Assembly: GCF_006345805.1 (NCBI RefSeq)
Contig: NW_021835566.1
Span: 1 to 31,387, forward strand
DNA length: 31,387 nt
Source: Octopus sinensis
Taxonomy: Eukaryota
Direction: 5' to 3'
In this document: positions 22,040 to 31,387 of the stretch, piece by piece
How the letters are laid out: each line of letters opens with the position of its first letter
Position numbering within the stretch: position 1 is the first letter of the stretch
The notes under the pieces: model-generated
The model's input: the letters and a program-made list of their open reading frames with translations, nothing else
Told to the model about the DNA's origin: nothing
Database searches by the model: none
Made by a program: the position numbers and the translations under genes

Positions 22040-22440
22040 GTGGTTGTTGCTGTTGAGCGAAGCGGTCTTAGTCCCAGAGCTCGCAAGATGGCGCCTCTGT
22101 AGTGGGAGAGGTCCGAAACGTGATCCTTTGCTATTCGTAAGACCTGCAGAAGAGAAAGCAGGTCAACCCCGCCGACACCGAGAGCATCGGCGGATGGATG
22201 AATGCGCATCCAGGCTCAGCGGTTGCATAGGAAGTCACGGGGACAAGAAACAGGAAAAAAGAGTGAGAGAAAGGTGGAGCGAAAGAGTACAACACGGGTC
22301 GCCACCGAGCCCCTGCTGGAGCCTCGTGGAGCTTTAGGTGTTTTCGCTCAATAAACACACACAACGCTCGGTCTGCAAATCGAAACCGCTATTCTCCGAC
22401 CGCGTGTCCGCTGCCCTAACCATTGGGCCATTGCGCCTCC
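22040..22440 (-). mobile_element. SINE family 2 (tail type C)
   Basis: Minus strand reads GGAGGCGCAATGGCCCAATGGTTAGGGCAGCGG...CCTGTTTCTT, then a third, unrelated tail. Confidence 0.85.
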
Positions 22441-22719
22441 ACGGTTGCTATTGTTGTAGCTGCGGTTATGGGTTTTTTTTTTCCTTTTTCCTGCTGCTGT
22501 CGTTGGTGGTGCTGGTTCTAGTTCTGTTCTAGTGATCGTGATGGCGGTCCTGCTGTGGGTGCTGTGAATATTATTTTGTGACCTCATTACGTAACGCATC
22601 GCATTGATCGTGGAGGAGGTTGAAGTGGACAGAATGGAAAGACAAACAGCAACATCGTCAACAACAACACAAATACATCTCGACTGTCTTCGACCTTTAG
22701 AAGGTCTGCTCAATTAAAA

Positions 22720-22807
22720 CAGCTAATACTACTACTACTTCTACTACTATACTACTACTACTGCTGCTGCTGATGCTACTACTACTACCACTACTGCTGC
22801 TGCTACA

Positions 22808-22841
<34 letters not shown>

Positions 22842-22970
22842 TCACTACTACTACTACTACTACTATCACTACTAATACTACTACTACTATTACTACTACA
22901 ACTACTGCTACTGTCGCCACTGCTGCTTCTCCTCCACCTCCTCTTCCTCGTACTACTGCTAATACTACTG

Positions 22971-23026
<56 letters not shown>

Positions 23027-23365
23027 GTCGCTATCACTGCCGCCACTGCTGCTTCTCTTCCACCTCCTTCTCCTCATACTACTGCTAATACTACTGCCAC
23101 TACTAATAATACAACTACTACTACTACCACCGGTGCTGCTGCTGTTACTACAGCAACAACATCTACTACTACTACTACTTCTACTACTAATACTACTACC
23201 AATACTACTACCACTAATAACACTGCTAGTGGTACCGCCACCACCACCACCAACACTACCACCGCCACAACCGACACTACCGCTAATAATAATATTACTA
23301 CTACTACTACTACTGAAACTATTGCTACTACTAGCACTAATACCACCACCACCACAACCACGTTG
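22720..23365. repeat. Degenerate (CTA/CTG/CCA)n trinucleotide array with an internal ~70-bp duplication
   Basis: Seen directly. The GCCACTGCTGCTTCTC...TACTACTGCTAATACTACTGCCACTACT block occurs at about 22915 and about 23042. Confidence 0.9.
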
Positions 23366-23544
23366 ACCTATGGAACAGTGAAAGGTGACATGAAATAGCA
23401 AAATGCAGAAAATAGACACAGCATCACCATCACGAACAACAGCAACTCATGCAAGCGAACAACAACGAAAACAACAACAACAACAACAACAGCAACAACA
23501 ACAACAGCAACAATACGTAGACCCATTAAAGATGGCATTTTCAC

Positions 23545-23589
23545 CACCATCAGTAATTGCAGAGATGACTCGAACAACATCTCGGAAAA
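23545..23589 (-). CDS. Candidate exon, FRDVVRVISAITDG (45 nt, phase 1-1)
   Basis: Non-repetitive island between microsatellites. Splice sites are mediocre (CCAAG|TT and GTG|GTGAAA), but phases bridge the exons at 25965 and 16281. Confidence 0.3.
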
Positions 23590-23627
23590 CTTGGATGCGC
23601 ATTTTGAAAAAAACAAAGAAATATATA

Positions 23628-23688
<61 letters not shown>

Positions 23689-23749
23689 ATGTATGTATGT
23701 ATGTATGTATGTATGTATGTATGTATGTATGAATGTATGTATGTATGTA

Positions 23750-23803
<54 letters not shown>

Positions 23804-23991
23804 AAAAAGAAAAGTAAATAGAACAAAGTAGTTTGAAGAATTTGACGGGTGTTCCAGTCATTTCTATATTGGAAAGAGGTTAAATATGCTAACCTGCCTA
23901 ACACACACACATTAATATAATGTTTTGCTTAGTGTACAGAATAGTATATTTGTAATAATAATAATAATAATATATATATATATATATATAT

Positions 23992-24349
23992 ACTAGCACT
24001 ATGACCCAGCAACGCCGGGTCATAGTGCTAGTGCATGCATATACAACTGCGTGCGCACATACACGCGAGTACTGTCCAAATCTCCGACCAATCACATACA
24101 GTTAGCTGGAATTCAATTGGTGTATCAAGTTTCGGGCATTTTGATTGGGTTTTGGAATAGAAAATTCACAAAAAAAGTCACTTCTATTGATTTTTTATTG
24201 GCTTTGCGGGGTGACTGGGGAAATGTAAAGATGTGCACGACCACCCTTGGACGGGTTTGAATGACCATAGAAAGTGTGAGCCCTCTAACTGAAAATTTGT
24301 GGATTTGTATAAAGGACACACGGACAGACATTTTGTCGTTTATATAGAG
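23992..24349 (+). mobile_element. HINE/DINE-1-like non-autonomous Helentron-associated element 1
   Basis: Starts with ACTAGC and a 16-bp perfect inverted repeat (23992-24007/24017-24032). Ends GGACACACGGACAGACATTTTGTCGTTTATATAGAG. Class inferred from terminal architecture. Confidence 0.55.
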
Positions 24350-24988
24350 ACTAGCAGTATCGCCCGGCGTTGCTCGGGTTTGTAAGGGAAATAACTATAT
24401 AAGCATTTTTAGAGAGTTATAGCCAAAAAATAACAAAAAAATGCATTAAAAATGGAAAAAAAAATGATGGTAAATTTTTTTTTAAATCGTTGACTCATCG
24501 TAGACATTTTTAGAGAGTTACTTCCCTTATATAATAGCGAAAAAATGCATTAAAATGGAAAAAAAAACGATGGTAATTTTTTTTTTAAATCGTAGACTCA
24601 TGTAGACGATTTTAGCCATTTCTGTTTTGGTGTCTTCAAGCCATGAAGTCGTTGTTCTAAAAGAACGCTGGTCTCCTTGACAACGCATTACGACGTTGAT
24701 TTCCTTGCACTCCCTTCCCCACAGGTGCAGGTGTGATCGTGGACGCCAACTCCGCCGCCATCGACACACGAAAATTATGCATTAAAATGGAATAAAAAAT
24801 GATGTTAAATTATTTTTAAAATCGTAGACTCATCGTAGACGCGCGCTAATACTCAGACGGGCTCGATATGAATCACGACTATAAGCTACCCGAATTTGGT
24901 TAAACTGCACCGCAAAATGTGGGAGTAGTTAGGAATCTAAATCGAAGGGGACAGACACTCACACAACTACAGTTTTATATATATAGAT
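24350..24988 (+). mobile_element. HINE/DINE-1-like element 2 with internal subrepeats
   Basis: Starts ACTAGCAGTATCGCCCGGCGTTGCTCGGG and ends GACAGACACTCACAC...TTTTATATATATAGAT. Contains three copies of ATGCATTAAAATGG...AAATCGTAGACTCATCGTAGAC. Confidence 0.55.
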
Positions 24989-25025
24989 ATACATAGCGCA
25001 GTAGAGGTGAGATGTGACAGCAGCA

Positions 25026-25295
25026 AGAAAAGCATACATTCACTCTCTGCATGCAATTAGACTCGGAAAGTTCGTGAGGAACCCATTGACCCAATTTGCT
25101 GACTTTTCCGATAGCACACAGGTCTCAATGAATGGTTGAATGACCAAATCCAAGCTTCTCTGCTAGTTCCTCAACAGTTACGATGAGATTTTGTTCCACC
25201 AGGGTTTTCAGGATGTCCTTGTCGAGTTCTACAGATCTTTCAGGATGAGGCTCGTCTTCTAGGCTGTTCCAATATAGCTTTGAAAAAAATAGCTG
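25026..25295 (-). pseudogene. Mariner (Tc1/mariner) transposase fragment: HTH region and WVPHEL linker
   Basis: Translates SLEDEPHPERSVELDKDILKTLVEQNLIVTVEELAEKLGFGHSTIH*DLCAIGKVSKLGQWVPHELSESNCMQRVNVC. WVPHEL lies at 25068-25085 and an in-frame TGA at 25125-25127. Confidence 0.9.
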
Positions 25296-25464
25296 TTAAA
25301 ATCGAAATGCACTCTTCAAAACTTGCACTATGAATAAGGACAAGATAAAATTACTACCTGCTTTTATAGCAAGTTAATATAGTTTATCCCATTCCCCTCT
25401 GACTTTTAGTTCAAGCTGTTGAAAAAAACCGCATATTATATATATATATACATACATACATACA

Positions 25465-25496
<32 letters not shown>

Positions 25497-25728
25497 CACA
25501 CACACTCTCTCTCACACACATGCACACATTTATATTCTGTTATTCTTTTATATGTTTCAGCCTTGAGGTTGTGGCCATGCTGGATCATGTGTGTGTGTGT
25601 GTGTGTGTCTATCTGTCTGTCTGTCTGTATGTATATGTATATGTATGTGTGTGAACATTAATATTTTCAACAGATGTGTTGCAAATGTATCTGATTGTTC
25701 TCAAGCTTCAATACTGTGTGTGTGTGTA

Positions 25729-25761
<33 letters not shown>

Positions 25762-25964
25762 ATATGTATGTATGTATATGTATGTATGTATGTGTGTATG
25801 TATGTGTGTGTGTATGTATGTATGTATGTATGTATGTATGTATGTATGTATGAGTGTATGTTTACTTTATTACTAACACAAGCCAGTACGGTTATTTAAT
25901 GTAAAGTCTTCCTCAAATCACTATCTCTGGCTATTTACTCTCTTCCAAGAACATTTTCACTCAC

Positions 25965-26002
25965 ACTTATGTGTTAGCTTCCCATACATTTTACTCATGT
26001 AT
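25965..26002 (-). CDS. Candidate exon, YMSKMYGKLTHK (38 nt, phase 2-1)
   Basis: Acceptor TTTGTTTCTCTCTATCACGCTGATAG|A, donor AGT|GTGAGT. Confidence 0.4.
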
Positions 26003-26515
26003 CTATCAGCGTGATAGAGAGAAACAAATATTACATCTAGTTTCACTTTATTCGTTGCCCACTGTGTGTGTGCGTTTGCGTGTGGTGTAAACCAGACTAA
26101 GAAAAGCATTTGACACACACACCAGAATGTGAGTTTTTCTGAAATTTTGCTTAATTGGAGTTTAAATTTTAAAAACTGGACCTGGCATGACGCGATGCAT
26201 TGTACTCTTAAAAATGGTAGGTAAATTGTAATTGAAGAAATCCTATATTGTAGATTTGTATAACTCCCAAAGGGAGGCAGATAAAATCTGCCTTTTATAA
26301 TAAGAGATATATGTGTGTGTGTACAAATATACATCACACACACACACACACATACGCATAAGTCAGAGTCACTCGATCCTATTCACACATACACACTTAC
26401 ACACACCACACACACCATTCGATTCTCACACACACACATACACGCACGCGCACCATCTCTTGTTGGGATCACTAGCACTATTATTATCTCCCTTTCATTC
26501 AACCTATTATCATCA

Positions 26516-26594
<79 letters not shown>

Positions 26595-26759
26595 CACCTT
26601 TTCTTTCAACCACTGTCTGTCCAATCATTCGCCATGCTGGACCGCTGAAATCTCTACGCTTCTATGTGGGTATATTATATACACCCGCATATGTGATATA
26701 TATATTTGTGTGTATATATGCTTATATCTTTGTGTTCTGTGTTTTCTTCACACCATCAA

Positions 26760-26937
26760 TTGACAACCGATGTTGGTGTGTTTACGTCTTCGTATATTAG
26801 CGGTTTCGGCAAAAGACCGATAAAATAAGTACTATGCTTATAAACAATAAGTCCTGGGGGTGTGATGATTTGTTCGACTAAAGGCGGTGCTCCAGCATGG
26901 CCACAGTGAAATGACTGAAACAAGTAAAAAATAAAAG
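26760..26937 (+). mobile_element. SINE family 1, 3' half
   Basis: TTGACAACCGATGTTGGTG...GGCGGTGCTCCAGCATGGCCACAG...TGACTGAAACAAGTAAAA. Confidence 0.85.
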
Positions 26938-26939
26938 AC

Positions 26940-27165
<226 letters not shown>

Positions 27166-27417
27166 AAACGTACGTTTTGCTTTCGAGCCCTTCGTTTTGA
27201 AAGATACGAGAATGCATGAATGCTTCTTTTGGCGATATTTCTAATCAGTGAAATAGATTGCCTCGAATTATTTGATGCTCCATTCATCCTATATCAAAAG
27301 GCGAGAGTACCTCAATCTTGTGCTTTTGCGAGAAATTGAAAGGGGACAGAGAGAAAATAAATGAGAAAAGAAAGTGGTGCGTATGTGTACATGTGTCCTG
27401 ATGCATGTAATACTCAC

Positions 27418-27429
27418 TTTTGTCCACTT
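27418..27429 (-). CDS. Candidate 12-nt microexon (AAGTGGACAAAA)
   Basis: Branch-point-like CCTAAT and pyrimidine tract CTTACTTCCTAATCTCTTTGTGAACAG|, donor AAA|GTGAGT. Frame-preserving. Confidence 0.3.
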
Positions 27430-27871
27430 CTGTTCACAAAGAGATTAGGAAGTAAGACGTTTGTTTACTTTACTCCAGTATATTCGAATGCACATTTTCA
27501 TTGTCCAAAATACACGAAAATACATCATTAACAAATTAGATCCGTAATGTTCTTCTGTTACGGTATGGTAAAATTTCAATTATTGAATCGCCAAGCAAGG
27601 TAATCTATCTCTGAAGCATAAAGAGGAAAAACCCCATTACCAGAGATAGGCAGGTTTATTTTACTTTCTGGTAATGTCATCGTTGGAAGATTGCTGTTTC
27701 CATAACCGAAATTCAGACCTTACGTACAAACTCTCAAACTAGACTACCAGGGTTCTGTGTAAAACAGTAATTCTTCATTGTCAGGCTCCTAGACAACCGT
27801 TTCTATTCTCACGAAACTCATAAAGGGATTCTGTTTATAATTAAATCTCAGTAAAATTTATTGCAGGGCTG

Positions 27872-28160
27872 CGAATAGGCAGAATCGTTAGCACATCGAG
27901 CAAAATGCTTATCGGTATTCCTTCGAGATCATTACGTTCTGAGTTCAAATCCCCAGGAGGTCTACGAATAGGCAGAATCGATAGCATATCGAACAAAAAT
28001 GCTTATCGGTATTCCATCGAGATCATTACGTTCTGAGCTCAAATCCCCACGAGGTCAACTTTGCCTTTCGTCCCTTCTCGGACGATAAAATAAAGTACCA
28101 TTCAAGGACTACGATCTATGTAATCGAATTACCTGTTTCTCCTCATAATTGCCAGTCTTT
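27872..28160 (+). mobile_element. SINE family 3 with tandemly duplicated 93-bp head
   Basis: CGAATAGGCAGAATCG...TTACGTTCTGAG.TCAAATCCCC..GAGGTC occurs at 27872-27964 and 27965-28056, followed by a single body and tail. Confidence 0.75.
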
Positions 28161-28209
28161 AATCCAGCACCCGTCTGGTGTGATGTCCAAGGGGAATATT
28201 TTGACCTAC

Positions 28210-28250
28210 GCCATAGAAGCCCAGGAACCAGCCTGATAAGTTCTAGCCTT
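28210..28250 (-). CDS. Candidate exon (KARTYQAGSWASM(A) or, from alternative acceptor 28242, LIRLVPGLLW); may contain the start codon
   Basis: Strong acceptor TTCTTACTACTTTATATATATTTTTCGTTAACTAG|, donor GGC|GTAGGT. Reading frame is unresolved. Confidence 0.35.
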
Positions 28251-28584
28251 CTAGTTAACGAAAAATATATATAAAGTAGTAAGAAAAATCTCGGTGCTTT
28301 GTGGACCCTTAAACCCTTAGGAAAACAAAAGCAGGAGTAAAAAATTTAAAAAGTGGGATAGGCAAAAACGTAACAAAGATAGAAGTATTCTAAAATCAGG
28401 CTCCAAATTACTGAACTAAGTCTTAAACGGCAAAAGAATAAAAAAAAAACTTCCCTATTTATGCCAATTCAAATCTAGACATACTAAATGCTAGCTGTAT
28501 AATTTCCCAGTTTGCTATTCTGTGAATAAAAATAGATTTTAACAAATAATATAAACTTGGCATTTCATCATTCTGTTTAATTAC

Positions 28585-28602
28585 CTTTCAACATGTCAGC
28601 TA
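28585..28602 (-). CDS. Candidate 15/18-nt microexon (ADMLK) with tandem TAG-TAG acceptor
   Basis: Donor AAG|GTAATT, acceptors TTAG|TAG|CTG. Could be non-coding or spurious. Confidence 0.2.
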
Positions 28603-28630
28603 CTAAATCGAATCAGAGTGTAAGACATCA

Positions 28631-28714
<84 letters not shown>

Positions 28715-29109
28715 AGGTCTTATAGTCTTAGACTTACACTCATATACACAAACGCACAAGGATGTGATATATATACATGTATGTATGTGTATGTATGTTT
28801 GCATGTATAAGTGAATTTATTGAACGACATACGCGTTTCAACACATATTTATACACGAATACATAAACATGCTTTAACTCACACACACACATACACAGAC
28901 ATAAATGTATATATATATATCAACGGCTACATTTAATTTCGTATAAATATATGTTGCACGCATATATCTGTATAAGTTTTAGATTAAATAATTTCATCTA
29001 AATCTTGAACTATCTGTGTATCTAGTTCCTATCTATCTCTCTGTCTGTCTGTTTCTCTATCTATCTATCTACCTATCTATCCGTTTTTCTATCTATCTAC
29101 TTATCTTAA

Positions 29110-29177
<68 letters not shown>

Positions 29178-29605
29178 GACGTATCTAATCTATCCACTTA
29201 TTTGTTTGTGCTTGTATGCATAACTGTATTCTATGTATGCATATTTGAATTGGTAGGTATCAATATATATGCTTATATGCGTATGCATGTATACACGTAT
29301 GCCTATACATGTACGTGTATATTAGTCCTCGTGCCAACAGTAAAAAGGACTAGATTGCATCCATTGGGAGCCCTTAAATTAAGAATTCTTTGATTTCTTT
29401 GCAGCTGCGTAACTTCTGGTCTTCATGCTTTTGTAACCTAAGATAGGTATTAAACAATAATGAAGCAGCCTGTTGGCAGAATCTTCAGGTCATCGGACAG
29501 AATTCCTCACATTTTTTTGGAAGGGAGGGTTTCTTACGTCCTGTGTTAAAATCTTGAAATAAACACTTTTTTTCTTATAGACTTTCGTTACCATAAAACC
29601 CATAC

Positions 29606-29790
29606 CTATTTCTGTATTACCCACAAGGGGCTAAACACAGAGAGGACAAACAAGGACAGACAAATGGATTAAGTCGATTATATCGACCCCAGTGCGTAAC
29701 TGGTACTTGAAATTGGAACTCAGAACGAAGCAGCAGACGAAATACCGCTTAGCATTTCGCCCGGTGTGCTAACGTTTCTGCCAGCTCGCC
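29606..29790 (-). mobile_element. SINE family 3 with internal deletion
   Basis: Head GGCGAGCTGGCAGAAACGTTAGCAC... and tail ...AGCCCCTTGTGGG are present. The central GAGGTCGACTTTG...GGGTCGAT segment seen at 11285-11330 is missing. Confidence 0.85.
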
Positions 29791-30366
29791 TCTTCTCTCC
29801 CTCTCTCTCTCTTTCTTTCTTCTCTCTTCTTTTCCTCTCTCTATATAACTTCTTCCTCACCTAACACACCAGTCTCTCTTTCCATTTCTCTCTCCTCGTT
29901 CGATCCCAGAACCATCCGTAGCCGAATAGACGCGATCTGCTAAAATATACTTGAAGTACAACGCCAAAGTCCTTTTTCAGTTTTCTACCGTAGGTTCTTT
30001 ACGTTGACTTGGTAGTACTAATCAACTCTATAGACCGACGATTTTAGATGTGAAGAAATAAAAGCATGTAGCAGCGCTTTGTACTTTTAAAGTATAAAGT
30101 GGTACGGCTTTGATAGACAATTGAACCGAAATATTGGCTAAGCACTGAACGTCCTCAATAGAGGTTTCGTGCTTGGACAATGATAGCTTCCATAGAAGAC
30201 AACGTATGTTCTTGACGTGTCTATAATAATTAAAGCGAGTAAAATTCGGAGAAATTCCAATAACTGAAATCTTACATAATTGGGTTTCAACCAGCAAATG
30301 CTGGCTCGGTTCTTGTCTGGTTTTTTCCCTTGCTCTCCCTTTCCCTCTCCCTCACACTCTCTCTCC

Positions 30367-30404
<38 letters not shown>

Positions 30405-30836
30405 CTCACGCCTTCTTATTCGTTTTTTTTCCCCATTTTCTCACTGTATACAGGGATATGACTAACTTGGTACATAATTATACCTATATAAATTTTTAAG
30501 CTATTTCCTTTCAACGTGAAAGACTCTAGTGTAGGATAGGCATGCCCCGGTGTATTCAATTTTGGCCTTTTACGTTCCGAGTTCAAGTCACGCCGAAGTC
30601 ATCTTTGTGTTTCATCCAACATTTCGGGGACAAAATTCAATAAAATAAAATACAAGTCAAGCAATGTGGTCGATCAATATAATCGACAATGCATCTTTTC
30701 CAAATTTCAGCATTGTGTCTGTATAAGAAATCAATATTTATGACGACCGTGATAATGGAAATAAAATTAACTGTCCATCTCTTGCAACCGTTTTCCTTCC
30801 GCTTTAACACGTTATCTGACATAGAACCAAACTCAC

Positions 30837-30882
30837 TCAATTTTTTTTCTTCATTCGAAATCTCTGCATCAAAAACTATACT
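30837..30882 (-). CDS. Candidate exon, SIVFDAEISNEEKKL (46 nt, phase 0-1)
   Basis: Acceptor CTGTTTTCCAG|, donor TGA|GTGAGT. Linkage to the rest of the model is unproven. Confidence 0.25.
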
Positions 30883-30999
30883 CTGGAAAACAGTTGGACA
30901 AGTCTTTCCATTTTTAATAAAACACTGCTCGCGCGTATATGTGTGTGTGCGCAGATGCGTATGAATGCGTGTGTATACGTCTGCATGTGTGTGTACACA

Positions 31000-31043
31000 C
31001 AAGTGTATATATATGTAAATATATATATAATATATATATATAA

Positions 31044-31075
<32 letters not shown>

Positions 31076-31227
31076 CATACATATATATATCTATACATAT
31101 ATATATACATACATATTAATATATACACATATATATATATATATACATATATATTATTAATATATTACATACATATATAACATACATATATATATATATA
31201 TATTATATATATATATATATATATATC
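31000..31227. repeat. Degenerate (TA)n microsatellite
   Basis: Seen directly. Confidence 0.9.
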
Positions 31228-31387
31228 ACGGTTCTGTTTTTATGTTTTCGTTTTTCAGTGTGTTTGACGTTTTTTTGTGTGTCCTGTAGCTATACATGTA
31301 TATATATACATATAGATGTAGGTACGTACATATAGTATGTATATATGCATATGTTTTATTTATTATTTTTATTATATATACACAGAG

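Noticed and set aside
23540-23575. VISAITDGGEN as a vWA MIDAS (TDG) motif
   Set aside because: No DxSxS motif or other vWA elements appear in the assembled peptide, and the exon itself is low confidence.
23403-23732. Plus-strand ORF with a polyQ tract (EQQRKQQQQ...)
   Set aside because: It derives from a (CAA/CAG)n microsatellite, runs into (TG)n, and is antisense to the supported gene.
24400-24840. Regularly recurring ~65-bp units as a CRISPR-like array (also the 15117-15600 repeats)
   Set aside because: Eukaryotic context, degenerate units and no uniform unique spacers. These are internal subrepeats of a transposon and a VNTR.
27166-27200. GAAACGTACGTTTTGCTTTCGAGCCC after a TA tract, resembling the HHR mini-elements
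   Set aside because: No CUGANGA equivalent or flanking homology could be established on either strand.
27560-27612. Minus-strand ITLLGDSII resembling an SGNH/GDSL motif behind a strong acceptor
   Set aside because: Only a weak donor is present, it has no phase fit with neighbouring exons, and the motif is too short to support.
29900-30297. Unique sequence with an 89-aa minus-strand ORF and an acceptor at about 30225
   Set aside because: No clear donor or recognisable domain, and it cannot be linked in phase with confidence. Left unannotated.

Overview
AT-rich, microsatellite-saturated eukaryotic genomic DNA. The SINE families look like those of octopus (a recall-based inference, no database search was run). 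All long ORFs in the supplied track are simple-repeat artefacts. Reading splice signals by eye gives one multi-exon, minus-strand protein-coding gene spanning about 31 kb to 2.7 kb. Six to seven exons between 16281 and 2979 join in phase and encode a protein I do not recognise (...ERTLATANEMFHTSTQGSVCKSNLRLCDGESNILTIRPAAFKHKGAQFVKYIL/TFVGQLEVVTLQDVMFFYQDIPINCS/LFGNLHTLIYTKICDVMSKLNILFGTEYSEHEGEKYQKRFIMSDIH/...VSCYFHQSNSIPSKVPIINLH/HLLFALTELLTEAELSKREEAIMNLQ/QWQAAQIDNVPSIKWFEYK/MLRQRYY...). The 5' exons are less certain and may include 12-18 nt microexons. The introns hold three tRNA-type SINE families, two tandem Helentron-associated (HINE-like) elements and a dead mariner transposase fragment. 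The most interesting signal is a set of short (TA)n-embedded Penelope-like elements carrying hammerhead ribozyme (HHR) motifs. One of them (181-257) has a perfect catalytic core and can be drawn in two alternative topologies. No rRNA, genuine tRNA or CRISPR array was found.
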